Below the pieces are notes generated by a model. That model ran no database searches, had not been told where the DNA came from, and saw nothing but the letters and a program-made list of their open reading frames with translations. A stretch of DNA of 64,000 nt from an uncultured Gemmatimonadaceae bacterium (lineage in GTDB: Bacteria; Gemmatimonadota; Gemmatimonadetes; Gemmatimonadales; Gemmatimonadaceae). The DNA lies in assembly GCA_963817955.1 (NCBI GenBank), contig CAWFQK010000004.1, positions 1,312,001 to 1,376,000 of the forward strand, in the 5' to 3' direction. The number at the start of each line of letters is the position of its first letter. Position 1 is the stretch's first letter. A program made the position numbers and the translations under genes. Positions 39,755 through 49,702 of this stretch are shown here, in pieces.

Positions 39755-40738
39755 ATGCCACGCGTCGAAGTCGATCCGCTCACTCCTGATCCGCAGGTCA
39801 TCGCCGAAGCAGCCCGCCTATTGCGCGCGGGCGGACTCGTGGCGTTTCCCACTGAAACGGTGTACGGCCTCGGTGCGAACGCGCTCGACGCCGCCGCTGT
39901 GGCGCGGATCTACGCCGCCAAGGGCCGCCCAGCGTACAACCCACTGATCGTCCACGTGGCGCAGGCTGAACAGGCGCTGGACGTGGTGCGAGAATGGCCG
40001 GATCGCGCGGCACGGCTCGCCCACCGGTTCTGGCCCGGTCCGCTGACGATGGTACTGCCAAAGCGTCCGTCCGTTCCGGATTCAGTGACCGCCGGACTGG
40101 ATTCAGTGGCGGTGCGCGTGCCGATGCACCGAGTGGCCCATGCGCTGCTCCTGGCGGCGAACATTCCGGTCGCCGCCCCGAGCGCAAACATTTCGATGAG
40201 TCTGTCGCCCACCACCGGCCGCCACGTCGCCAAGTCCCTGGGCGACAAGGTGGACATGATCCTCGACGCCGGTCCCACCCCGGTGGGCATCGAGTCGACC
40301 GTGGTCGATCTGACGACGCCCGTAGCGACCCTGCTGCGCCCCGGCACGATCGCGTTGCCGGAGCTCGAGGCGGTGCTTGGTCCCATGGCAGTGGGCGGTA
40401 CGTCGGACGACACCGGCGCGCGGCGTTCGCCGGGCATGCTCGATCGACACTACGCGCCGAGGGCACGGCTCATTCTGTCATCAGCCGGCGATCTCGAATC
40501 CGCGATCACCCGCGAGCGCATGGCCGGCCGAACTGTTGGCGCATTGGTCATGACCACCGCACTGCCAACCAGCGACACGGTGCAGTTGCCACATGAGCCG
40601 CACGAGTACGCGGCGCAGCTCTACGCAGCGCTCCACGCGCTCGATGACCGAGGATACGACGTCATTGTCGTTGAACGCGTGCCCAGCGGCCCCGAGTGGC
40701 TCGGCGTGCGCGACCGGCTGGAGCGCGCGGCGCAATGA
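39755..40738 (+). CDS. sua5: L-threonylcarbamoyladenylate synthase (Sua5-type TsaC)
   Basis: AFPTETVYGLGA, KGRP, NPLIVH, APSAN and SPGML..HYAP motifs; SUA5 C-terminal domain. Confidence 0.93.
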   Translation: MPRVEVDPLTPDPQVIAEAARLLRAGGLVAFPTETVYGLGANALDAAAVARIYAAKGRPAYNPLIVHVAQAEQALDVVREWPDRAARLAHRFWPGPLTMVLPKRPSVPDSVTAGLDSVAVRVPMHRVAHALLLAANIPVAAPSANISMSLSPTTGRHVAKSLGDKVDMILDAGPTPVGIESTVVDLTTPVATLLRPGTIALPELEAVLGPMAVGGTSDDTGARRSPGMLDRHYAPRARLILSSAGDLESAITRERMAGRTVGALVMTTALPTSDTVQLPHEPHEYAAQLYAALHALDDRGYDVIVVERVPSGPEWLGVRDRLERAAQ

Positions 40739-41291
40739 CAGACTGTTGAACTACGAGTGAATCGCCAGCAATCGGTTACGCGGCTGCGAAGATCGTGATC
40801 TGAGCGACGCCTGTCATCCTGAGCGACGGCCTGTCATCCTGAGCGACGGCCTGTCATCCTGAGCGAAAGCGAAGGATCTCTGTGACCGATAGACCAGCTT
40901 TTTAACGCAGAGGACGCAGAGAACTGCAGGAGGACGCAGAGAACTGCAGGAGGTCGCAGAGAACTGCAAGAGAACTGCAGAGAACTGCAAAAAGAGAACT
41001 GTAAGCGTACGGAAGAGGGAAGCGCGTATAGGTGGAATGAACCGTGATTGCCGAGTCCACAATCATTCCGCCTATGTCGTTAATGATCACGACCTGGGCG
41101 ATACCATCGGAGCATCACGACGGCATCATCCAAGATATCGGGATAAGATCTACTCGGTGTTCCTCTGCGGTTCTCTGCGTTCTCTTCAGTTCTCTGCGTC
41201 CTCTGCGTTGAAAAAAAGCCCTCCAACCCTCGAATTGATGCGCACGCCCTCGAGCTTCTGACTCGTGTCCAGCACTATTTCAAAAGTCTGT
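40738..41291. mobile_element. MITE-like modular element, copy C (core inverted)
   Basis: TIRs ACAGACTGTTGAACTA/TATTTCAAAAGTCTGT and 3x 20-mer; the core is reverse-complemented relative to copies B and E. Confidence 0.85.
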
Positions 41292-41317
41292 CCGGAAGAC
41301 GCAAGTGATCTAACCGC

Positions 41318-42388
41318 CTACCAGACCGCCTGGAACGCGGTGAGCAACACCGTGCCGGCGGGCACGTTGGGAACGTTGGGGAAGGTCTGGCGCACCACGT
41401 TGACGGCGAACTTGGCGATGCCACCGTCGATCAGATAGCTGCCGCCCGCCACGATCTGTTGCTCGAAGGCGTTGGAGAGGGACGTCTCGGCGCCGCGGTC
41501 GCGATCCCACGAATCGTACCGGGCGACGAACTGCAGATTCCGCGTGGGGCGCACGGCGCCGAGCGTGTACCAGCCGAATCGGCGTAGCGATCCATCGCGC
41601 GCCGACATCGCCTCGGCACGCAGCGTGACGCCTTCGCCACGGTATTGCACCTCGCCACCGGCCCGCTCCCTTCGTTGGAGTGTGGGGCCGCCCTCAAACG
41701 CGCCGGAACCGCCGAACTCGAGCTTCGGCAAACCCCAAGGGTGCATGACTACCCGGCCAATGATTGCCTTCTGGTCATTCGGGTCCGTGGTGCCCTGGCT
41801 CTCACCGGTCTCGTTGAACAGGCCCACGTGATACTCGACCACGTCCAGCGCGCGCCCATTGGCGGACACACCAATGTCGCGCACATCGCCCAGGCCAGTG
41901 CCGCGCGAACGCTCGACGATGAACATCGATCGCTCGATCGTTTCCACCTGCGACGTCGGAATGGCTCCTTCCAGGCTCAACGGCACGAGTTGCTGACCGA
42001 TGTCGAGTTGCAGATCGTGCGCCGCGAGGTAGGTCAGCGCCGCGTCCTGCAGAATTCGCGACCGCTGATCGATGTTCATGTCAGTCAACATCGATGACGA
42101 GTCGTCGACCGTCTTGCTGAGCGTCAACGCTTTGGCCGCATCGAACCCGATACGCCACCGTAAGTGCGGGGATAGATCGCCGCTGAACTTGAGGTCCGCC
42201 TTGCGAAGGCGGAAACCGTCGTTGATGGTGGGATCGCCGGCGCGGTAGTACACCTGAAGAAATCCGTGGATCTCTATAGGCGGCAGCACGCGCGCTGCTG
42301 ACGAGTCCTGCGCATGCAGCGCGCTACCGGTGGCGAAGGACGTTATGAGAGCGAGGACCCAAGGAGCGCGGACGCGACGGCGGGGCAT
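41318..42388 (-). CDS. Outer-membrane porin (OprO/OprP-like)
   Basis: Signal peptide, GFRLRKADL, DA..IGQQLVPLSLE and RDIGV; C-terminal W; start approximate. Confidence 0.7.
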   Translation of the reverse strand: MPRRRVRAPWVLALITSFATGSALHAQDSSAARVLPPIEIHGFLQVYYRAGDPTINDGFRLRKADLKFSGDLSPHLRWRIGFDAAKALTLSKTVDDSSSMLTDMNIDQRSRILQDAALTYLAAHDLQLDIGQQLVPLSLEGAIPTSQVETIERSMFIVERSRGTGLGDVRDIGVSANGRALDVVEYHVGLFNETGESQGTTDPNDQKAIIGRVVMHPWGLPKLEFGGSGAFEGGPTLQRRERAGGEVQYRGEGVTLRAEAMSARDGSLRRFGWYTLGAVRPTRNLQFVARYDSWDRDRGAETSLSNAFEQQIVAGGSYLIDGGIAKFAVNVVRQTFPNVPNVPAGTVLLTAFQAVW

Positions 42389-42511
42389 TGAGGCGAGATC
42401 TTCGAAATTTGGGAGAAACAGGCCCGGGAGGTTTCGCCGCGGCCGCAGGAAGGCACAGTATCTTACTCAGACGATCACCCTCGCCGAGAGCCACCTTTAC
42501 CCCCCTTCCAA

Positions 42512-44995
42512 ATGCTCCGGTCGGTCCTTCGCGCCGCCCTTCCCGCGCTTGCCATTGCCGCCTGTCGCCAGCCAACGCCGCAGGCGATCCGCGCCGGCGA
42601 CTCCTTGTTCACCGCGCTTCAGCCGCGTCTTCCAACCGGCGTGAAGCTCGATCCGGCGGCGCCACTCGCCACCATCGGTCCCATGCCGCTCACCGCCAGG
42701 CTTGCCCCAGAGGGCGACCGAGTGGTGTTGTCGCTCAGCGGCTATCGCGAACAAGGGGTGCAGGTGGTGGACGCAGCCACCGGACGCGTGTTGCAGGATC
42801 TTCCGCAGGCGTCGGCGTTCGTCGGTCTCGCTTTTTCGCCAGACGGCCACGCGCTGTACTCCTCTGGCGGTAACGGGGATGTCGTGTATCGCTATGACTG
42901 GCGAAACGGACGCGGTACGCTGCGCGACAGCCTCGTGCTCGCATCCAAGACGCCGAAGGCCAACGGCACGCGTTATCCCGCAGGCATCGCGTTGTCACCC
43001 GATGGGCGCTGGCTCTATGTGGCCGAAAATCTGGCTGACTCGCTGGCGGTGATGGACGTGGCGAGCGGGCGTGTGGTCGCTCGATTTGCGACGGAACGGT
43101 ATCCCTACGACGTCGTCGTCGATACGGGCGGCACCGTATACGTCTCGGCGTGGGGCGGCTATACGGTATCGATCTTCACGTCCGCCCCAGAGGGGCTACG
43201 CCCGGCTGGAAGCCTCTCCGTGGCGCGCCATCCGTCAGCCCTCGCGCTGAATCGTGACGGTTCGCGGCTGTTCGTCGCATCGGGGAGCACGGATCACGTT
43301 GCCGTCGTGGACACAAAGCGCCGGCGCGTCATCGCACGGCTGCTCGATCCGCCACCGGCCGGCCCAACGGAAGGCGCAACGCCGAACGGTCTGGCCCTGT
43401 CCGCCGACGGCACGCGCCTGTTCGTGGCCGAGGCCGACGCGAACGCGGTAGCCGTGTTCGATCTCTCGCCGGGCACGGCAAACATTACGACGGCAACTGG
43501 TACGGATCGATTGAGCGGTCGCATTCCAGCCGGCTGGTATACCTCCGCGGTGTTGCCCGTCGGCGACGCGCTCCTCGTGGCGAGTGGCAAGGGACGCGGC
43601 ACCATCGCAAACCCAAAGGGACCGCGGCCGGCGACATCGCTGCTCAACCAGGGTCGCGGCGACTACTACACGTTGAACCTGGTGGACGGTGGTCTGATGC
43701 GCGTGCCTCTCGCCGCAACGAGCGGCGAGGCGCTGACGCGCTTCTCGGCGCGCGTGTCGGCGGCGAACGGCTGGAACGACGCGTCGCGCCTGCACCGCTA
43801 TCCGCCGTTCGAGCACGTGGTCTACATCATCAAGGAGAACCGCAGCTACGACCAGATGCTCGGCGACATGCGCCAGGGCGACGGCGACACATCGCTCGTG
43901 TTCTTTCCCCGTCCGAACACGCCAAACCATCACGCGCTCGCCGAGCGCTTCGGGCTCTTCGATCGATTCTTCGTCAACGCCGAAGTCAGTCCGGACGGAC
44001 ACAACTGGTCGACTGCCGCGTACGCAACCGATTATCTGGAAAAGACGGTGCCGTCCAACTACTCCGGCCGCGGGCGTAGCTATGACTACGAGGGCACGAA
44101 CCGGGGCAACGGCATGTCGGCCATTCCCGAGGATGACGCCGCCGAACCGGCCAACGGGTATCTCTGGAACCTGGCCGAGAAGAAGGGGCTAACCTACCGG
44201 AACTATGGCGAATTCGTCGTCCCGGCGCGGCGCGGCGCCGCCGATGGCCTGCCCGCGGGCTATCGCGGCGACAAGCCATTCCTGTTCGCTAATACCAATC
44301 CTGCATACCCGGGGTTCGATCTGGCGATCACGGATCAGCATCGGGCGGACATCTGGATCGCCGAGTTGCAGGAATATGCCCGGCGCGGCGCCATGCCGGC
44401 GCTGGAGACGGTACGCCTGCCCAATGACCATACCTCCGGCGCCCAGGCCGACCGGCCCACGCCGCGCGCCGCCGTGGCAGACAATGATCTCGCGCTCGGG
44501 CGCATGGTCGAGGCGCTGTCGAAGTCGCCGTTCTGGAAGAACACCGTGGTGTTCGTACTCGAGGACGATGCGCAGAACGGTCCCGACCACGTCGATTCGC
44601 ATCGATCGCCGATGTTCGTCGTCTCGGCGTACAACCGTCCCGGCGCCATTCATCGTTTCGTGAACACCACGGATGTCTTGCGCACCATCGAGGAGATCCT
44701 CGGTCTGCCGTCGATGTCGCAGTTCGACTACTATGGACGCCCGTTGCGTGACATCTGGTCGAATGAGCCGGACCTGCGACCCTATGCGCTCCTCACGCCG
44801 GCGGTGCCACTCGACGAACTGAATCCCCGCGGCACGCGCGGCGCACATGAGTCGGCCCGTCTCGACCTGAGCATCGAGGACGCGGCCGACGAGTCGCTGT
44901 TCAACCACATTCTGTGGCGCGAGATCAAGGGGAATGGCGTGCCGTACCCAGGACCGCGGCGCGCATCGGCCCGGGAGCTTCGCATCGAGCCGTAG
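42512..44995 (+). CDS. YncE-like beta-propeller plus phosphoesterase/alkaline-phosphatase-family lipoprotein
   Basis: Lipobox AIAAC, YVTN-like repeats, IIKENRSYDQ, SPDGHNW, PNDHT and EDDAQNGPDHVDSHRS motifs. Confidence 0.85.
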   Translation: MLRSVLRAALPALAIAACRQPTPQAIRAGDSLFTALQPRLPTGVKLDPAAPLATIGPMPLTARLAPEGDRVVLSLSGYREQGVQVVDAATGRVLQDLPQASAFVGLAFSPDGHALYSSGGNGDVVYRYDWRNGRGTLRDSLVLASKTPKANGTRYPAGIALSPDGRWLYVAENLADSLAVMDVASGRVVARFATERYPYDVVVDTGGTVYVSAWGGYTVSIFTSAPEGLRPAGSLSVARHPSALALNRDGSRLFVASGSTDHVAVVDTKRRRVIARLLDPPPAGPTEGATPNGLALSADGTRLFVAEADANAVAVFDLSPGTANITTATGTDRLSGRIPAGWYTSAVLPVGDALLVASGKGRGTIANPKGPRPATSLLNQGRGDYYTLNLVDGGLMRVPLAATSGEALTRFSARVSAANGWNDASRLHRYPPFEHVVYIIKENRSYDQMLGDMRQGDGDTSLVFFPRPNTPNHHALAERFGLFDRFFVNAEVSPDGHNWSTAAYATDYLEKTVPSNYSGRGRSYDYEGTNRGNGMSAIPEDDAAEPANGYLWNLAEKKGLTYRNYGEFVVPARRGAADGLPAGYRGDKPFLFANTNPAYPGFDLAITDQHRADIWIAELQEYARRGAMPALETVRLPNDHTSGAQADRPTPRAAVADNDLALGRMVEALSKSPFWKNTVVFVLEDDAQNGPDHVDSHRSPMFVVSAYNRPGAIHRFVNTTDVLRTIEEILGLPSMSQFDYYGRPLRDIWSNEPDLRPYALLTPAVPLDELNPRGTRGAHESARLDLSIEDAADESLFNHILWREIKGNGVPYPGPRRASARELRIEP

Positions 44996-45047
44996 GCGGT
45001 CAGAATCTGTTGCCGCGGACGGCGGACAAGCTGTTTCCCGCAGACGG

Positions 45048-45388
45048 TGCAACAGCTTTTGAACGCAGAGGACGCAGAGAACTACAAGAGGTCGCAGAGA
45101 ACTGCAAGAGAACTGCAAGAGAACTGCAGAGGAACACCGCGTAGTCGCATCCGGATGTCTTGGATGATGCCGTCGTGACGCTCGGAGTCGCGAAACTGGG
45201 GGATGGGATTATCCGAATGGTGAATCGCCTCCAGTGTTCCCCCCTTCAGTTCTCTTTGCAGTTCTCTGCAGTTCTCTTGCAGTTCTCTGCGACCTCTGCG
45301 TTAAAAAAACAAGCCGTCCCGCCCCCGACCCCCTGCAATGCGGTAAACAAACAAGCCGAGACGCCCGAGATCACCCACACCGACCCCC
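45048..45388. repeat. Modular palindromic element, copy D (no TIR or 20-mer; alternative core)
   Basis: Same inverted GCAGAGAACT arms and same tail as copy A. The core shares GATGCCGTCGTGACGCTC and then diverges. Confidence 0.85.
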
Positions 45389-45400
45389 CATAAACAACAA

Positions 45401-45425
45401 ATCCGGGCTCGACTCGAGCCCGGAT
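45401..45425 (-). terminator. Hairpin terminator after infA
   Basis: ATCCGGGCTCGA-C-TCGAGCCCGGAT followed by TTGTTGTTT on the minus strand. Confidence 0.7.
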
Positions 45426-45459
45426 CACCAACGTTCATTCCACGGTCGTGGATCGCTCG

Positions 45460-45681
45460 TCAGGTCTTGTGGCGGAAGATGATACGTCCGCGCGTCAGAT
45501 CGTACGGAGACACTTCGATCGTCACCCGATCGCCCTGAAGGACGCGGATGCGGAAGCGTCGCATGTTGCCGCCGAGTGTCGCGAGCACCGTGTGCCCATT
45601 GGTCAACTGAACCCGGAAGGTTGCATTCGGCAGCACCTCGGTAACGGATCCTTCGAGCTGTATCGGTTCTTCCTTGGCCAT
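45460..45681 (-). CDS. infA: Translation initiation factor IF-1
   Basis: [24 protein letters not shown]...[13 protein letters not shown]. Confidence 0.97.
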   Translation of the reverse strand: MAKEEPIQLEGSVTEVLPNATFRVQLTNGHTVLATLGGNMRRFRIRVLQGDRVTIEVSPYDLTRGRIIFRHKT

Positions 45682-45787
45682 GAATACTCGGGGAAAGGGG
45701 ACGAGAACCTACGAAGTATATGCCCTACGGGCGCCGGGAGCAAAACATGGCCTTCCTGGCATCTGCGATTGCACATCCACAAATGAC

Positions 45788-45822
45788 AAAAGACCGAGGC
45801 TCGGACGACGCCGGCCTCGGTC
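45788..45822 (-). terminator. Intrinsic terminator after the glycine-zipper gene
   Basis: GACCGAGGC/GCCTCGGTC stem followed by TTTT on the minus strand. Confidence 0.65.
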
Positions 45823-45845
45823 CTTCTGCGGTCTCGCCAACCGAA

Positions 45846-46337
45846 TTACGGCTTCTTCGTCTTATCGACGTTGTTGCCAATCACCCCGCCGAGGATTCCG
45901 CCGACGGCCGCGCCAATGACTCCACCTTTCACCTTGTTGTGGCTCGTCGTCGCGCCTATGACGGCACCGGCCACAGCCCCGATCTCGGCGTCACGCTTCG
46001 TATGCTTGACCACCGTTTCACGGCTCGTCGTGGTGGTCCCAACGGTCGATCCCGCGCTGCTGCCGGTGCGCGATCGGCTGCTCGAACGTCTCCTGTGGGG
46101 CACTGGCCGGGCCGACGATGAGTGAGACGCTGCCGTATCCGCGGTGCCGTTCAGCGCGTTGGGCGCGGCGGCGCGTTCCGCGGCCGACATGCTGTCCAGC
46201 GGTTGATAGGACCGCTGCTGGGCCGCGAGCGAAAGATCGGTGTTCAACGACGTATCCGCCGAGCGACTGCTCGTTCGGCTGCACGCGGCGCTTGCTGCCA
46301 TCAATGCAAGCGCGGTCGCGGAGATTATGCGGTTCAT
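45846..46337 (-). CDS. Glycine-zipper (YMGG-like) lipoprotein
   Basis: Lipobox SAAC; GAVAGAVIG...GAAVGGILGGVIG; SD GGGAGG. Confidence 0.78.
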   Translation of the reverse strand: MNRIISATALALMAASAACSRTSSRSADTSLNTDLSLAAQQRSYQPLDSMSAAERAAAPNALNGTADTAASHSSSARPVPHRRRSSSRSRTGSSAGSTVGTTTTSRETVVKHTKRDAEIGAVAGAVIGATTSHNKVKGGVIGAAVGGILGGVIGNNVDKTKKP

Positions 46338-46379
46338 GTGCGCCTCCCGGCTCAAAAGCGTACTCCGCACCTATCAAAG

Positions 46380-46394
46380 GCAGGGCCCGTGCCA
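46380..46394 (-). promoter_or_regulatory. Putative sigma-54 promoter
   Basis: Minus strand TGGCAC-GGGCC-CTGC (GG-N10-GC), about 45 bp upstream of the ATG at 46337. Confidence 0.55.
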
Positions 46395-46461
46395 TATCGC
46401 CGATCTCAGGCACAGCGTCGTGCGGCCGCACTCAGGCGCACGGGCAATTAGATTCTCTCTG

Positions 46462-46545
46462 CGACCGGGGTGCCTGCCCACTGAGGGTGCAGGCTGAGAG
46501 AGACCCGTAGAACCTGATCCGGTTCATACCGGCGTAGGGAGTCGG
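46462..46545 (+). ncRNA. TPP riboswitch (THI element)
   Basis: GGGGTGCC...GGCTGAGA..ACCCGTAGAACCTGATCCGGTTCATACCGGCGTAGGGA matches the TPP consensus. Confidence 0.93.
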
Positions 46546-46549
46546 AAAA

Positions 46550-48643
46550 ATGCTTTGTTCAGTCTCGCCGGCGGTGCGTCGCCGCGCCCGGAGCGTCGCG
46601 CTCGCGACGTCCGCACTCGTCATCCTCACATCCGTCACACAGGCCCAGGTCGCGTCAAAGGACAGCGCGCGAGCTGATTCCAGTCGCGCCCAGCGATTGG
46701 AGCGCGTGATGATCTCCGCGGTCCGCGGATCCGGTACCGCGCCAATTTCGCAGAAGACGATCACGGCGGCAGATATCAAGCCGCGGTATTTCGGACAGGA
46801 CGTTCCGCTCCTGCTGCAGGGCGCGGCCCCATCGCTCACGTCATACGCCGAAACAGGCAATTATTGGGGTTATAGCTACATCCGTCTGCGTGGCATCGAC
46901 CAATCGCGCATCAACCTCACGCTGGATGGGATTCCGCTGAACGACCCGGAAGACCAGGTCCTCTACTTCGCGGACTTTCCCGACCTCGCCAACAGCCTTG
47001 GGTCGGTGCAGATCCAGCGCGGCGTGGGAACGACGAGCAACGGTACCGCGTCATACGCCGGCTCGATCAACATGGAGACGATCCCGCTGGCGGCAACGGC
47101 ACGCGGCGGTGAGGCGCAATTCGAAAGCGGTTCGTTCGGCTCCAGGCGGGTGAGCGCCGAATACACGACGGGACTCCTCCCGAGCCGGTTCGCCGCGTAC
47201 GCACGCCTCTCGGCGCTGCACACCGACGGCTATCGCTATCACTCCGGCGTGGAGGGACGCTCGGCGTTCCTCAGCGCCGGGTATTTCGGTGACCGCGACA
47301 TCGTGAAGTTCACGACGACGACTGGCACCATGCAGGACACGATGGCGTACCTCGCGGTGGCGGCGTCGGACCTCGCGACGGATCGGCGCATCAACCCCCT
47401 CACGCCACGGGAGCGTGACGGGTTCACCGAGCGGCTGGCCGCGCTGTCGTACGTCCGGTTACTCTCGCCGTCGTCATCCTGGTCCACGACGGCGTATCGC
47501 ATCTCGTCGAGCGGCGACTATGACGTGCTCGTCGACTCGCTCGACAACTTCAATCTGAAGTTCGTCTGGTACGGCATCACGAGCGACTGGAACTACCGTC
47601 ACGACGGTGTTCAACTCGACGTGGGCGTGAACGCAAACACCTACGCGCGCGATCATGCAGCGTACCAGCAGCCCGACATCACGGATCCCCTGTACGTCAA
47701 CACGGGCCACAAGCAGGACGCCAGCCAGTTCGCCAAGCTGGCGTATACCGCCGGCGCCGCCACGCTGTTCGGCGACGTACAGACGCGCCAAGCCGAGTTC
47801 CGCTACACGCCCGATGCCCACGCGGGAATCCCCGAGCGATCCATCACGTGGACGTTTCTCAATCCGAAGGCCGGCATCACGTACGTACTCAGTGCCCCGC
47901 TGTCGCTCTATGCGTCCTACGGCAAGAACACGCGCGAGCCGGCGCGTAGCGACATGTTCGCCGGCTTTGATAATCTCGATACGTCGAATGTGGCGTTCGT
48001 CGGGGATCTCAGCCGCGTGAAGCCGGAGACAGTGCACGATCTGGAGACCGGCCTCACCTACCGCGGCACGGCGTTCGACGCGCAAGCGAACGTGTACTCG
48101 ATGGACTTCCGTAACGAGATCGCTCCGGTCGGAGCACTCAGTTACATCGGCACGCCCCTGCGAAAGAATGTTGCATCGAGCTATCGCCGCGGTGTCGAGG
48201 TGGACATCACCTATCGCGGCATTCCCCGTCTTCTCCTGTCGGGGAACGCTACGGGGAGCACGAATCGCATCCGGCAGTACACCGACTCGAGCGGGGACAC
48301 CGTCGCCACATACCACAATGCGCAGCCACTGCTCACGCCCCGTTTTCAGACATTCGCCCGCGGGGCTTTCACTGCCACGCGCGCACTGACGCTGGCGCTC
48401 GAATCTCGCTATCAGAGCCGCTCCTTTCTCCAGAACACGAGCGACCCGCAGTACGTGCTGCCGGCCGCGTTCAATCTCGACGGCAGCGTGTCGTGGCGCG
48501 TGGACCGTTACGAGTTGCTCGTCCGCGGAAACAATCTCACGAACAGCAAACGGTACGGCAGCGGCTACGGTTACGGCGGAATCTCGTACTATTATGTCGT
48601 GCCGCCGCGGAATGTATTTGTCACGGCGAAGGTGGACTGGTAG
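46550..48643 (+). CDS. TonB-dependent receptor, likely for thiamine or its precursors
   Basis: TonB-box-like LERVMISA, plug motif IRLRGIDQSRINLTLDGIPLND and C-terminal W; directly under a TPP riboswitch. Confidence 0.9.
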   Translation: MLCSVSPAVRRRARSVALATSALVILTSVTQAQVASKDSARADSSRAQRLERVMISAVRGSGTAPISQKTITAADIKPRYFGQDVPLLLQGAAPSLTSYAETGNYWGYSYIRLRGIDQSRINLTLDGIPLNDPEDQVLYFADFPDLANSLGSVQIQRGVGTTSNGTASYAGSINMETIPLAATARGGEAQFESGSFGSRRVSAEYTTGLLPSRFAAYARLSALHTDGYRYHSGVEGRSAFLSAGYFGDRDIVKFTTTTGTMQDTMAYLAVAASDLATDRRINPLTPRERDGFTERLAALSYVRLLSPSSSWSTTAYRISSSGDYDVLVDSLDNFNLKFVWYGITSDWNYRHDGVQLDVGVNANTYARDHAAYQQPDITDPLYVNTGHKQDASQFAKLAYTAGAATLFGDVQTRQAEFRYTPDAHAGIPERSITWTFLNPKAGITYVLSAPLSLYASYGKNTREPARSDMFAGFDNLDTSNVAFVGDLSRVKPETVHDLETGLTYRGTAFDAQANVYSMDFRNEIAPVGALSYIGTPLRKNVASSYRRGVEVDITYRGIPRLLLSGNATGSTNRIRQYTDSSGDTVATYHNAQPLLTPRFQTFARGAFTATRALTLALESRYQSRSFLQNTSDPQYVLPAAFNLDGSVSWRVDRYELLVRGNNLTNSKRYGSGYGYGGISYYYVVPPRNVFVTAKVDW

Positions 48644-48697
48644 ACTGGTACACATCCTGCCGCGAGAACGGCGCACCCTTTTTTGATCGGAGTAACC

Positions 48698-49105
48698 ATG
48701 GCCACCAGCGACCGTCGTGACAGCACCGAAACCCAACAAGAGATTTCGGACGAGCAGCAGCACGATGAGATGCAGGAATGCATCGAGGAGTGTCTGAACT
48801 GCCATGCCGTGAGCACCATCACGCTGCAGCACTGTATTGCGAGTGGCGGGGGCGAGCTCACGGAGGTGAACCTCGTCGGCATCCTGCTGGATTGCGCGGA
48901 AATTTGTCAGACGAGCGCCAACTTCATGCTCCGCGGATCGCCATATCACGTCATCACTTGCGCCTCGTGCGCTGAGCTGTGTCGTGCCTGCGAAGAGGCA
49001 TGTCGAACCGTGGCGGGAGACGAACAGCTCGCACACTGCGGCGATGTGTGCGCTGCCTGCGCGGAGGCCTGCGACCGCATGGCTCAGATGGGAAGCGAAG
49101 AGTAG
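48698..49105 (+). CDS. Cys-rich four-helix-bundle copper-storage protein (Csp3/DUF326-like)
   Basis: Repeated CxxxC and CxxC motifs (CIEECLNC, CAEIC, CAELCRACEEAC). Confidence 0.85.
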   Translation: MATSDRRDSTETQQEISDEQQHDEMQECIEECLNCHAVSTITLQHCIASGGGELTEVNLVGILLDCAEICQTSANFMLRGSPYHVITCASCAELCRACEEACRTVAGDEQLAHCGDVCAACAEACDRMAQMGSEE

Positions 49106-49125
49106 TACTCGGTGTACAACTCAGT

Positions 49126-49641
49126 GTGAGAGTCCGCATCCGAGCTCTGCTGTGCCCCGTGATTGGCTGTCTTGCGCTTGCGCCTGTGCCCGTGCATGCT
49201 GCGCGGGCGCAATGGTCGCGCCTGTTGCGGGGGAATGAGCCACTGACTCCATTCAGCGTCGCCGAGTTCAGCAAGCTCCGTTGGCTCGAGGGTTCGTGGC
49301 AGGCCGTGGCCCCCGGCGAAGCGCCGCTCTTCGAGCGCTACCATTTCGTGAGCGATTCCGCCATCGAGATCACCTACTTCAGGGACTCGACGCTCTCACG
49401 GCCTACGGGCACGGGGCGCATGTACCTCACGGTCGGGCGGATCTACTTCACATTCGGTCCCAACCGCTGGGGTGCCACGAACGTTGACGGTCGCGGGGCG
49501 TACTTCGTTCCCCAGCTGAACGCACACAATTCGTTCGAGTGGAGCGTTGAGTCGCCCGACGCTTGGACGTCGACGCTCCGAACCGGGATCAGCGGGCGCG
49601 AGCGTGTCACGGTCTTCCGAATGACCCGCATCAAGCACTAG
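49126..49641 (+). CDS. Secreted hypothetical beta-rich protein
   Basis: Signal peptide-like N-terminus and LRWLEGSW motif; start approximate. Confidence 0.6.
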   Translation: MRVRIRALLCPVIGCLALAPVPVHAARAQWSRLLRGNEPLTPFSVAEFSKLRWLEGSWQAVAPGEAPLFERYHFVSDSAIEITYFRDSTLSRPTGTGRMYLTVGRIYFTFGPNRWGATNVDGRGAYFVPQLNAHNSFEWSVESPDAWTSTLRTGISGRERVTVFRMTRIKH

Positions 49642-49702
49642 GCTCGGATCCCGCGTTCGCGAGACGCCCACCAAGGCGCTTCTCTTGCACTACTCGGAGT
49701 CG

